A DNA stretch of 36,421 nucleotides, taken from the NCBI GenBank assembly GCA_040005895.1, contig JBDTYE010000001.1, positions 1-36,421 of the forward strand. Reading direction: 5' to 3'. The position numbers and the translations under genes are program-made. Under the pieces are notes generated by a model. The model was not told the DNA's origin and made no database searches. It worked only from the letters and a program-made list of their open reading frames with translations. Positions 25,163-33,491 of this stretch are shown here, piece by piece. Position 1 is the first letter of the stretch. Every line of letters starts with the position of its first letter. This stretch comes from Actinomycetota bacterium (GTDB lineage: Bacteria > Actinomycetota > Actinomycetes > BP-191).

Positions 25163-26535
25163 CCAGCCTCGCCGACCGAATGGCAGCAGCACGTCGCGCC
25201 CAGTTGGCACCCGAGGCCATCGCGCCCGCAGCCGGCCCGCGTCGAGCCGTCCGCACAGTCGACCCGTTCGCGGCAGTCAAACGGAGCGTCCACGCCGCCC
25301 TTGTCGAGACTCTCGGGCCGCGGCTGTACGACGCGCACATGACCCAGTCGGAACTGCAGGCCCAGGTCAGGCAGAGCCTGCAGATGGTGCTGGAGAAGGA
25401 GGAAACGCCGCTCACGCTGGTGGACCGGACTCGCATCGCCCAGGAAGTAGCGGACGACATCCTCGGATACGGCCCGTTGGAACCGTTTCTGCGCGACCCG
25501 GATGTCACCGAGATCATGGTGAACGGACCCTCTCAGATCTACGTCGAAGTCGGCGGTCGCCTCCGCTGGGTGGATGCGAGCTTCTCGGACGACATTCATC
25601 TCCGCCGCACCATCGACAAGATCGTCGGTCGCGTCGGCCGCCGCGTCGACGAATCCAGCCCCATGGTCGACGCGCGGCTGCCCGATGGCAGCCGTGTCAA
25701 CGCAGTCGTCCCGCCCATCGCGCTGGACGGCTGCATGCTCACGATTCGCAAGTTCGCTGCGGAGCCGCTAACGGCGCGCGACCTCGTGGGCCTCGGCACG
25801 ATAACGACGGCGGCGTGGCAGTTCATCGAGGCCGCGATCCGTGGCCGGGCGAACATCCTGATCGCCGGCGGAACGGGATCCGGCAAGACAACGACGTTGA
25901 ACGTCCTGTCTTCAGCGATTCCGGATGATGAGCGCATCGTCACGATCGAGGATGCCGCCGAGCTGCAACTGTTCCAGGCGCACGTGCTTCGACTGGAATC
26001 GCGCCCCTCGAACGTCGAGGACCGCGGTGAAATCACCATCCGGGAGCTGGTGCGCAACTCGTTGCGCATGCGTCCGGACCGGATCGTCGTCGGAGAGGTT
26101 CGCGACGGCGCGGCTCTCGACATGCTGCAGGCCATGAACACAGGTCATGACGGATCGCTGTCGACAGTCCATGCCAACTCGGCGCGTGACGCACTGGCTC
26201 GACTGGAAACGATGGTCTTGATGGCCGGCGTCGACCTGCCGATCCGAGCGATCCGAGAACAGGTCGCGAGCGCGCTCGACCTGGTAGTCCATCAGATGCG
26301 GATGAAGGACGGCTCGCGACGAATCGTGCAAGTGAGCGAAGTCATCGGCATGGAAGGCGACGTCATCACGATGCAGGACATCTTCGTCTGCGACTACTCC
26401 GCCGGCTTCGACGCCAACGGACTTTTCCGCGGCGTCCTGCGGCCGACCGGCCTGCGCCCGCACTTGTTGCAGCGCATGTCGGACCACGGGGTCACGGTCG
26501 ACGCCAGCCTATTCTTTGATCGGCTGCAGGCATGA
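25159..26535 (+). CDS. cpaF: CpaF/TadA secretion ATPase
   Basis: 458 aa. Walker A GGTGSGKTTTLN, TIEDAAEL, RPDRIVVGEVRD, GHDGSLSTVHAN. ATGA start/stop overlaps with both neighbouring genes. Confidence 0.95.
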   Translation: MTSLADRMAAARRAQLAPEAIAPAAGPRRAVRTVDPFAAVKRSVHAALVETLGPRLYDAHMTQSELQAQVRQSLQMVLEKEETPLTLVDRTRIAQEVADDILGYGPLEPFLRDPDVTEIMVNGPSQIYVEVGGRLRWVDASFSDDIHLRRTIDKIVGRVGRRVDESSPMVDARLPDGSRVNAVVPPIALDGCMLTIRKFAAEPLTARDLVGLGTITTAAWQFIEAAIRGRANILIAGGTGSGKTTTLNVLSSAIPDDERIVTIEDAAELQLFQAHVLRLESRPSNVEDRGEITIRELVRNSLRMRPDRIVVGEVRDGAALDMLQAMNTGHDGSLSTVHANSARDALARLETMVLMAGVDLPIRAIREQVASALDLVVHQMRMKDGSRRIVQVSEVIGMEGDVITMQDIFVCDYSAGFDANGLFRGVLRPTGLRPHLLQRMSDHGVTVDASLFFDRLQA

Positions 26536-28556
26536 GGGCCGTCCGGCGCGGTCTGTCTGTTGTCGGTATCGGCGGCGTCGCGATGTGTCTTGCTTTCGCG
26601 GCGGCAGCGACCGCGGCAACGCCCGACGTACGGATAGTCAGCGCCACGGCCGCCGATGGCAATGCCATGGTCGTGGTCGAGGTGGAGCTGCCTTCCTCGC
26701 AGCAGCTCGACGTCTCGCGAGTCACGGTCAGAGTTGCCGGCCAAGCAGCGCCCGCGACACTTACGTCGGTGCCCCGGGCCGCTCCCGAAGTTGTCCGTAC
26801 CGTTTTACTCGTCATTGACACCAGCGGGTCGATGCAGGGCCCTGGGCTGACCGGGGCGGTCCAGGCGGCCCGCAGTTTCATCGCGCCGTTGCCGGCGGAC
26901 GTGCGCGTGGGTCTGCTGACGTTTGCCAGCCAGACCAAGTTGGTGGTGTCGCCGACTCGGGACCGCGCAAGCGTCGATGCGGGTCTCGGCGCGCTGAATG
27001 CGGCTGGCGAGACCCGGCTGTACGACGGTCTGGCGGCGGCACTCACCAGGCTCGGTTCGGTCGGCGAGCGACACGTCCTCGTACTCAGTGACGGTGGTGA
27101 CACGCTGAGCACCGGCACTCTCGCGTCCGTGACCGGCGAGCTGAAGGCCTCAGGTGTAAAGCTCGATGCCGTGGCGTTCCGGACCTCGGAGCAGCAGCGC
27201 AAGGTTCTCCAGCAGCTGGCGCAAGCCACCGGAGGCACAGTTGTCTCCGCCGCGGACGCCAAGCAGGTCGCCGCCGCGTTCGAATCGGTTGCGCAGACGT
27301 ACAAGCCCCGGGCGACATTGGACGTTGCGTTGCCGGCCGGTTTGAAGGGCGTGGTGCCGCTCGAGGTCCGGGTCGAGACGCCGACGGGTGCGCTGGTAGC
27401 CAGCGCCGACATCACAATTGCCGACCGCGCACCGGCAGCGGTGACGGCGACGCCGACGCCGACGCCGACACCGACACCGACCGCGAGTACGGCCGTCGCG
27501 GCCCCGCCCGCGACGAGGCCGGCGTTCTCGTCGACGGCGCCGTCGGGGCTCGCCCCCCGAGTGTCTGTCCGGCTCCCGCGACCACTCGTCTGGGCGGCTG
27601 TAGCCATGGTGGCCGGACTCTTCATTCTGTTCGTGCTGCTGCTCGACCTGGGAGCGACGACAGCTCGCAGGCGGCGGCGAATGGCGGGAATACAGCAGTT
27701 CACCATCAACGCCGATACCGCCGACGAGTCGGCAGCGGGGCTGCCGACGACTACTGGAATCGCCGCCTGGCCCCGGCGGCTCGCCCGCTCCGCAGCGCAT
27801 TCGGATCGCATTGAAGCCAGGTTGATTCGCCTGCTGAGCCAGGCCGGCGCCGCGATCTCGCCCGAGGAGTTCGTGCTCGTGATCTTCGTGAGCATGCTCG
27901 CCGCGGCTACGCTGATCGTTTGGATCTCCGGCATTTTCGTGCTCGGCGCCGCGATCGGCCTGCCGGTGGGTGCGCTCGTGCCGATCCTGGTGATGCGGTT
28001 CCGAGCGCAGAGGCGCAGGGCGGCGTTCATCATGGAATTGCCGGAGACGCTGCAACTGGTCGCGGGCGCACTGCGATCGGGGTTCTCGCTCGGTCAGGCG
28101 CTCGACTCGGTCGTCAAGCAAGGAGCTGGACCGGCAGCTACGGAATTTGGCCGCGCACTTGCTCAGGCGAGGCTCGGAGTGCCCGTCGAGGAGGCGCTCG
28201 AGCAGGTAGGCGAACGCATGCAGAGCGACGACTTCCAGTGGGTCGTCATGGCGATCGGTATCAACAGGGATGTCGGCGGAAACCTGGCCGAAGTCCTGGA
28301 GACGGTTGCCGAGACGCTACGCGAACGGGAACGCCTGCGACGCCACGTCCGGGCGCTTTCGGCAGAAGGCCGCCTGTCGTCCTACATCCTTACTGGAATG
28401 CCGATCGTCATGGGTGCCTACCTGTTTCTGGTCCGGCCCGACTACGTCCGACCGCTCTACACAACTTCGATCGGCGTCGGTATGTCCATCTCGGCGGTTC
28501 TCATGGTTGCCGTCGGGTGGATCTGGATGCGCAAACTCGTTCAGTCGGAGATGTGA
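26532..28556 (+). CDS. tadB: Fusion protein: secreted vWA domain, (TP)5 linker, TM segment and TadB-type (T2SS F family) platform domain
   Basis: 674 aa, in four parts:
- signal peptide (VVGIGGVAMCLAFAAAATAA);
- MIDAS motif VLLVIDTSGSMQG...LSDGGDT;
- linker TATPTPTPTPTPTAST;
- TM segments plus the TadB pattern ELPETLQLVAGALRSGFSLGQAL...AIGINRDVGGNLAEVLE. Confidence 0.85.
   Translation: MRAVRRGLSVVGIGGVAMCLAFAAAATAATPDVRIVSATAADGNAMVVVEVELPSSQQLDVSRVTVRVAGQAAPATLTSVPRAAPEVVRTVLLVIDTSGSMQGPGLTGAVQAARSFIAPLPADVRVGLLTFASQTKLVVSPTRDRASVDAGLGALNAAGETRLYDGLAAALTRLGSVGERHVLVLSDGGDTLSTGTLASVTGELKASGVKLDAVAFRTSEQQRKVLQQLAQATGGTVVSAADAKQVAAAFESVAQTYKPRATLDVALPAGLKGVVPLEVRVETPTGALVASADITIADRAPAAVTATPTPTPTPTPTASTAVAAPPATRPAFSSTAPSGLAPRVSVRLPRPLVWAAVAMVAGLFILFVLLLDLGATTARRRRRMAGIQQFTINADTADESAAGLPTTTGIAAWPRRLARSAAHSDRIEARLIRLLSQAGAAISPEEFVLVIFVSMLAAATLIVWISGIFVLGAAIGLPVGALVPILVMRFRAQRRRAAFIMELPETLQLVAGALRSGFSLGQALDSVVKQGAGPAATEFGRALAQARLGVPVEEALEQVGERMQSDDFQWVVMAIGINRDVGGNLAEVLETVAETLRERERLRRHVRALSAEGRLSSYILTGMPIVMGAYLFLVRPDYVRPLYTTSIGVGMSISAVLMVAVGWIWMRKLVQSEM
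27450..27479 (+). repeat. In-frame hexanucleotide repeat (ACGCCG x3, ACACCG x2) encoding (Thr-Pro)5
   Basis: Read directly. It lies in the linker between the vWA and TadB parts. Confidence 0.9.
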
Positions 28557-29485
28557 TGAACCCAAATCTGTTGCTGTGGCTCGGAGCCGGCTCCGTGGGG
28601 CTAGCTGTGCTGGCGGCGATCTCGGCGTTCGGCGTACTGGACGCGCATCGGCGCGATGTGTCAAAGACGCTGGTTGTCGCCCACCGGATGCGAATCGCAG
28701 CAGGTCGCAGCGCGGTCGTTGATGAGTCGGCCAGTTTCTTCGATCGGGTTCTCCGGCCGGCCGGCGGCTCTATGCTGCGGATAGGCCTGCGTCTGTCGCC
28801 CGCCGGAGCGGTGGACCAGATCCAGAAACGTCTGGATACGGCCGGAAATCCGGTGGGCTGGTCGGTGGATCGGATCTTCGCTTGCAAGGGTCTCGGGCTC
28901 CTGATCGGCGCCTTCATCGGACTTCTCTACGGTCACAGCACAGTTGGTCTCGCGGTGTTCCTCGCTGGCGGGTTCGGCGCGTTCGGTTTCTTCACGCCCA
29001 ACATCCTTCTCTACAACGCCGGCCTCAAGCGTCAGCTGCTGGTCCGGTCGACAATGGCGGATTCGATCGACCTGTTGGTGGTCTGCGTCCAGGCTGGTCT
29101 GGGATTCGACGCCGGTCTCTCGCAGGTCGCACGCCGCGGTGACGGTCCGATCGCCAGTGAGTTCTCGCGAGTGCTGCAGGAAATTCAGATCGGCAAGCGG
29201 CGCAGCGAGGCGCTCGGCGACTTCGGCGAACGAGTCAACGTGGCAGAAGCACGCAACTTCGCGCAGGCCATTGTGCAAGCAGATGCCCTGGGCATTCCGG
29301 TGGCGAGGGTCCTGCACGAGCAGGCCAAAGAACTGCGCGTGAAGCGGCAGCAGCTCGCAGAGGAGAGAGCCCAGAAACTTCCCGTCAAGTTGCTGTTCCC
29401 GATGCTCTTCCTCATCTTCCCCGCCCTCATGGTGCTGGTCGCGGGTCCGGCCGCCATAAACGTGTCGCACCTGTTCTCGCACTGA
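28556..29485 (+). CDS. tadC: TadC (type II secretion system F family platform protein)
   Basis: 309 aa. The ATG overlaps the upstream TGA by 1 nt. Contains MADSIDLLVVCVQAGLGFDAGL...QADALGIPVARVL...KLPVKLLFPMLFLIFPALMVL. Confidence 0.9.
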   Translation: MNPNLLLWLGAGSVGLAVLAAISAFGVLDAHRRDVSKTLVVAHRMRIAAGRSAVVDESASFFDRVLRPAGGSMLRIGLRLSPAGAVDQIQKRLDTAGNPVGWSVDRIFACKGLGLLIGAFIGLLYGHSTVGLAVFLAGGFGAFGFFTPNILLYNAGLKRQLLVRSTMADSIDLLVVCVQAGLGFDAGLSQVARRGDGPIASEFSRVLQEIQIGKRRSEALGDFGERVNVAEARNFAQAIVQADALGIPVARVLHEQAKELRVKRQQLAEERAQKLPVKLLFPMLFLIFPALMVLVAGPAAINVSHLFSH

Positions 29486-29534
29486 CCGGTCGGCGCGGAT
29501 CCGCTTCGGAGCCCCTGCGGCCAATTGGGTAGAG

Positions 29535-30227
29535 CTAGAGGAGGAACGGAATCAGGCGTCTCTTAGTTGCCAGCCGGTAGGCAGCGTACGCCGGCAGGTT
29601 CGCGGCCAGTACCCGCTCTTCGTGGAGCGCCCGGAACAACTGCAGGCTAACCAACCCGAGCCACATCGTGATCGAGGCGAAGCCCGGCCGGGCCAGCGTC
29701 AACCCGAGAGAACCAGCTATCTCGCCGAAGTAGACGGGGTGCCGAACGAACCGGTACGGGCCCGCACTCACGACCTTGCGCGCTTGCGCAAGCACGCTGA
29801 AGCTGCGACCCAGCGTCGAGAGGCTCCAGATCGACCAGGCCAACCCCGTGAGGATCAGCAGATCGGCCAGGACGCCGATCGCGCGGCCGTGGTGCCCGCG
29901 CGGCAGAAAGACGAATGCGAAAGGCAGCCAGGTCGCAACGATCGCCGCGACGTGGCTCGACCACGATTTGGTCGTCGCCCCCGCAGTCGAGCGTCTGAGA
30001 TAGGCGAATATCACGACGGCGTAGAAGAGAGCTGTGAGCAGGGCGCCGGCGAGCGCCACCGCGTCGAATTGCTTCCTTGCGTTGGCAATCGCCCCGAGGA
30101 GGTTGAGCGTCAGCAGCCCACAGGCGAGCGGGACCATCAGAAGTCGGCCTAGGTCGATCCGCGCTTTGCGCCGGAGCGGAACTGCTTCGTCGTCGGGCGT
30201 GCTGTGAAGGCTCGGGGTCGTCGTCAT
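29535..30227 (-). CDS. Isoprenylcysteine carboxyl methyltransferase (ICMT/PEMT) family membrane protein
   Basis: 230 aa from the ATG at 30227. Multi-TM, with a C-terminal GPYRFVRHPVYFGEI...LHEERVLAANLPAYAAYRLATKRRLIPFLL, the classic ICMT-family signature. ATGA overlap with the upstream ATPase gene. Confidence 0.8.
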   Translation of the reverse strand: MTTTPSLHSTPDDEAVPLRRKARIDLGRLLMVPLACGLLTLNLLGAIANARKQFDAVALAGALLTALFYAVVIFAYLRRSTAGATTKSWSSHVAAIVATWLPFAFVFLPRGHHGRAIGVLADLLILTGLAWSIWSLSTLGRSFSVLAQARKVVSAGPYRFVRHPVYFGEIAGSLGLTLARPGFASITMWLGLVSLQLFRALHEERVLAANLPAYAAYRLATKRRLIPFLL

Positions 30228-31219
30228 TCGCGAAAGATCCTGTCTATCAGCTCTTCCCGGACCAGCCGCCCACACGGGTCGAAGCGGCTGTGACTGAACT
30301 GCTTCTGGAACTCGATGTCGATGTCGGCTCTGCCCGTGCGGTTCTTCTCGATCGAACAGATCACCCACTCTCGAAACTGTTCGGCGTTGACGGTCGAATA
30401 CATGAGATGGTGCCTGGCGACCGCATGCCATTTGTCATTGAGCATCAGCGCGATGTCGGCTTCGTAGGCGATTGCCGTCGACCCGCGCATGTGCGCCAGC
30501 GTTGTCCTACCAGCGGCCAGTCCGTGGTGGTCTGCGGCGCAAATGGCAATGACGGGTACGCCGAATTCCATCGCGCAGTCCTTGAGCGATTCGACGACGA
30601 CACTGACTCGGTCATCTTCGGTGCCTGCCGAGTTCCCGACCGCAACCTTCTGCAGGTAGTCGACGAGGACGACGCCGCCGCCATCCAGTCCGGCTGCTAT
30701 GGCGCGTATCTCCTCCGGCCCCGTCGATCGCCCTGATGCGCTGACAAGCTGCATGCGGTCGGCGTACGACGCGATGTGCACGAGCGCTGCCGCAGCGCCG
30801 GGAAGTCGGCCGATCCGCCCGAGGAGCCCTTGGTCGGTAGCCCCTGGGGCGCGCAGTGACGTGGCCAACTGTGCCAGCGTGGCGCCGTCCACCGGATCTG
30901 CGAGCCCTGCCTCCATCGCTACCAGCTTCTGCAGGAGGACTCGCTCTTCGTGCTCGTAGCACACGTACGCCGCCCTGCCTCCGGCCGACACGATGTTGCG
31001 CGCTATCTGGAGGGCGAACGTGGTCTTTCCCAACCCCGGCGCGCCTCCCACGACAATCAGTTCACCGGCCCGAAGCCCGCCGGCCAACTCCCGGTCGAGC
31101 GGGGAGAATCCGGTCGGCCACGGTGCTGCGCTGTAGGGTTCGCCGGCACGCGCCGCGGCGTCGGCTGTCGCCACGACGTCGCTAAGATGCCTCACTCGCC
31201 CAGCGACCGGATCAGGCAC
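30224..31219 (-). CDS. DnaB-helicase C-terminal-domain-like (RecA/KaiC superfamily) ATPase, stand-alone
   Basis: 331 aa, GTG start (uncertain). Contains GFSPLDRELAGGLRAGELIVVGGAPGLGKTTFALQIARN (Walker A), VCYEHEERVLLQKL and VVLVDYLQ (Walker B). There is no DnaB N-terminal domain. Confidence 0.7.
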   Translation of the reverse strand: MPDPVAGRVRHLSDVVATADAAARAGEPYSAAPWPTGFSPLDRELAGGLRAGELIVVGGAPGLGKTTFALQIARNIVSAGGRAAYVCYEHEERVLLQKLVAMEAGLADPVDGATLAQLATSLRAPGATDQGLLGRIGRLPGAAAALVHIASYADRMQLVSASGRSTGPEEIRAIAAGLDGGGVVLVDYLQKVAVGNSAGTEDDRVSVVVESLKDCAMEFGVPVIAICAADHHGLAAGRTTLAHMRGSTAIAYEADIALMLNDKWHAVARHHLMYSTVNAEQFREWVICSIEKNRTGRADIDIEFQKQFSHSRFDPCGRLVREELIDRIFRE

Positions 31220-31299
31220 TGATCAGCCGATCCGTCGAAAGAGCCTGCGCGAGGGATTGACGCCCATCCGCCCTGCTGCCGTACGTCCAACCGCGGGCA

Positions 31300-31929
31300 C
31301 TACGAGGCGAGCAATCCGAGGCGAAGGGCTTCCATAATGGCTTGTGTCCGGTTCTCGACGCCGAGCTTCTCGTAGACCTTCGAGATGTGCGCCTTCGCCG
31401 TCGAAGAGCTGATGCAGAGACGCGCCGCGACACTGCTCACGGGAATTCCCAGCTTCAGGAGATCGAGGACATCTCGCTCGCGGGCGGTCAAGGTGACTCC
31501 TCTACCCGCAGCCATCCTCCGGCGCATGGCGCCGGCGAGGTCAGCTGCCGTGAACGCGTGCGGCGATGCTGCTGCGTGGCGCACCGCGGCAACGAGCTCG
31601 CAGGATGCAGCGCTTTTTGTGACGAATGCCGAAGCACCTCCATCGAGCGCGCGCAGCAAGTGCTCATCCGAGTCGAGCATGGTCAAAACCACGATCCCCA
31701 TGTTCGGGGCCAGTTCCCGCAATTGCGGTACGAGATCCAGGCCGCTGCCATCCGGCAGGTTCACGTCGACGACCGTCACAAGTGCCGGCCCCGTCCACAC
31801 GGCTGCGCGCGCCTGTGCGCACGTCGAGAGCTCCGCGACGACAGTCATGTCGTCCTGGGCCTCGAACGTCCGGCGCAAGCCGGATCTGATGAGTTCGTGA
31901 TCGTCGATGAGCACCAGGTCCATCGTCAT
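31300..31929 (-). CDS. NarL/LuxR family response regulator
   Basis: 209 aa. The receiver has LIDDH, VVDVNLPDGSG, VLT and FVTK. The C-terminal LuxR HTH reads LTARERDVLDLL...ISSSTAKAHISKVYEKLGV. Confidence 0.9.
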   Translation of the reverse strand: MTMDLVLIDDHELIRSGLRRTFEAQDDMTVVAELSTCAQARAAVWTGPALVTVVDVNLPDGSGLDLVPQLRELAPNMGIVVLTMLDSDEHLLRALDGGASAFVTKSAASCELVAAVRHAAASPHAFTAADLAGAMRRRMAAGRGVTLTARERDVLDLLKLGIPVSSVAARLCISSSTAKAHISKVYEKLGVENRTQAIMEALRLGLLAS

Positions 31930-33491
31930 GAGAAGTCCTCTCCGATCGAGGCTTCAACCAGCAGGCCGCTCGGTGCGCGTTCCGCAACGAGCAAACGGCC
32001 GCCGACCATTGCCAGACGCTGCGCGGAGTGGCGCTGCCCAAGATCCCTGGGATGGAAATCGCCGTCGTGCTGCAACCGCAGGAACGCGGTCGGCGGCTCC
32101 ACGACCAGTGTCACCCATAGATTTCGGGCGCTCCCGCCCTCGCAGGCCTGCTTCGTGAAGTCGTGTGCGACCCGGAACAACTCGATCTCCGCGCCGGCCG
32201 GGAGCCGAAACGAACTCTCGTCCAGGGTGAGATGCACGGCGAGTGGTCCGGCGGCGCCTGCATTGCGGACGCAACTGCTGAGGGCAGAACCCAATCCGCG
32301 CTCGACCGACCGACTGGATCTCAGGTCCGTGATCGAGGCACGTATGTCCTGGATGATGCGCGTGGTTCGTGACCGCAATTGGGTGATCGAATCAGCGAGG
32401 GCATCGTCGACTCGAGCCGCCTTCGTATGCAGCAGATCGAGCTCGAACCCTATGTAGGCAACATCTTGGGCGACACCGTCGTGCATGTCATGGGCGAGTC
32501 GGCTGCGCTCCTCGACCGTCACGGCTGACCGGACTTGTTCGAAGAGCGTCGCCGTCTCGAGCCGGATCGCGTATTCCTCCACGGTCGCCCGGACAGCTTT
32601 CATCGCTTCTTCGGTGAACTGCGCGGCATTAGGTACTTGGAGCGCGACAAGCGCGAGCACACCGTCCGGAGAAAGCACGGGAACCACGAACAGCGTGGAG
32701 CCGGCGCGTCGACCTGGATTCCCGGCGCTGACATCCGCCGGTCGGGTGTCGATTACCGGCTGACCGGTCTCCCACGCGATCTGCATCGGCCCTGGTCCCA
32801 CTGAAGGATGCCGCCAGGGGACGCGCGTCACTCCACGCATCGTGATCGGCACCAGGTACGCATCCCCGACGTGAAGCAGCACCGCGCCGACAGTCGCGTG
32901 ACATGCGTCGAGACAGGATTCGAGGAGCACTTCGCAGGTCGTCGCGACGTCGAGACTGCCGGGGAGCTTCGTGGTGACCGAGCGCAGTTGTTCTATTAGG
33001 GCTCGCGCCTCGGCATATCGCTGCGCCGAACCGAACTCGGTGGAGGTGTTGTGTCGGCCTATCCAGCTCCCGGCCGAGCCGAAGCCGACACTCAAGAGAA
33101 CCCACTGCGCGGACATGCCCAAGTAGTCGTGTGTTGATTCATGCAGCTGGCCATGCCCGACGAGCCACACTCCGAGGAGCAGCGCCGAACACAACCCACT
33201 TGCCTCCAGGGAAGCGAAGAACCCGCCGCCAAGACCGGCGAAGAACACACCGACGGCGGTGGCAGGCAGCATGGGGCTGTGACCGCCGCCGGTCCATAAG
33301 ACCGCGAGCGCCGATAGTGACGTCCACCAGAACCCGAGTAGCGACAGCTGTCGATCGGGGACAATTCGACCGCGGATGTACAGCTCCGGGGCGGCAAGCG
33401 GTATGACCCAACATCCTGAGAGCGTGTTCGGCTGCGTGAGCACGATCACGACGAGTGAGAGTGCGAGAAGGCAGCTGCGGAAAACAGCCAT
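31926..33491 (-). CDS. Membrane sensor histidine kinase (TM region, GAF, HisKA_3, HATPase-like domain)
   Basis: 521 aa from the ATG at 33491; a longer start at 33665 is possible. Hydrophobic N-terminus, GAF-like middle region, and H-box ERSRLAHDMHDGVAQ. ATGA overlap with the regulator gene. The C-terminal catalytic domain motifs look degenerate (see findings). Confidence 0.8.
   Translation of the reverse strand: MAVFRSCLLALSLVVIVLTQPNTLSGCWVIPLAAPELYIRGRIVPDRQLSLLGFWWTSLSALAVLWTGGGHSPMLPATAVGVFFAGLGGGFFASLEASGLCSALLLGVWLVGHGQLHESTHDYLGMSAQWVLLSVGFGSAGSWIGRHNTSTEFGSAQRYAEARALIEQLRSVTTKLPGSLDVATTCEVLLESCLDACHATVGAVLLHVGDAYLVPITMRGVTRVPWRHPSVGPGPMQIAWETGQPVIDTRPADVSAGNPGRRAGSTLFVVPVLSPDGVLALVALQVPNAAQFTEEAMKAVRATVEEYAIRLETATLFEQVRSAVTVEERSRLAHDMHDGVAQDVAYIGFELDLLHTKAARVDDALADSITQLRSRTTRIIQDIRASITDLRSSRSVERGLGSALSSCVRNAGAAGPLAVHLTLDESSFRLPAGAEIELFRVAHDFTKQACEGGSARNLWVTLVVEPPTAFLRLQHDGDFHPRDLGQRHSAQRLAMVGGRLLVAERAPSGLLVEASIGEDFS

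Noticed and set aside
26492-28033. 513-aa minus-strand ORF antisense to the vWA-tadB gene
   Set aside because: Its Ala/Ser/Thr/Arg-rich composition has no recognisable motifs. The plus-strand frame carries clear vWA MIDAS and TadB signatures and is translationally coupled to its neighbours.
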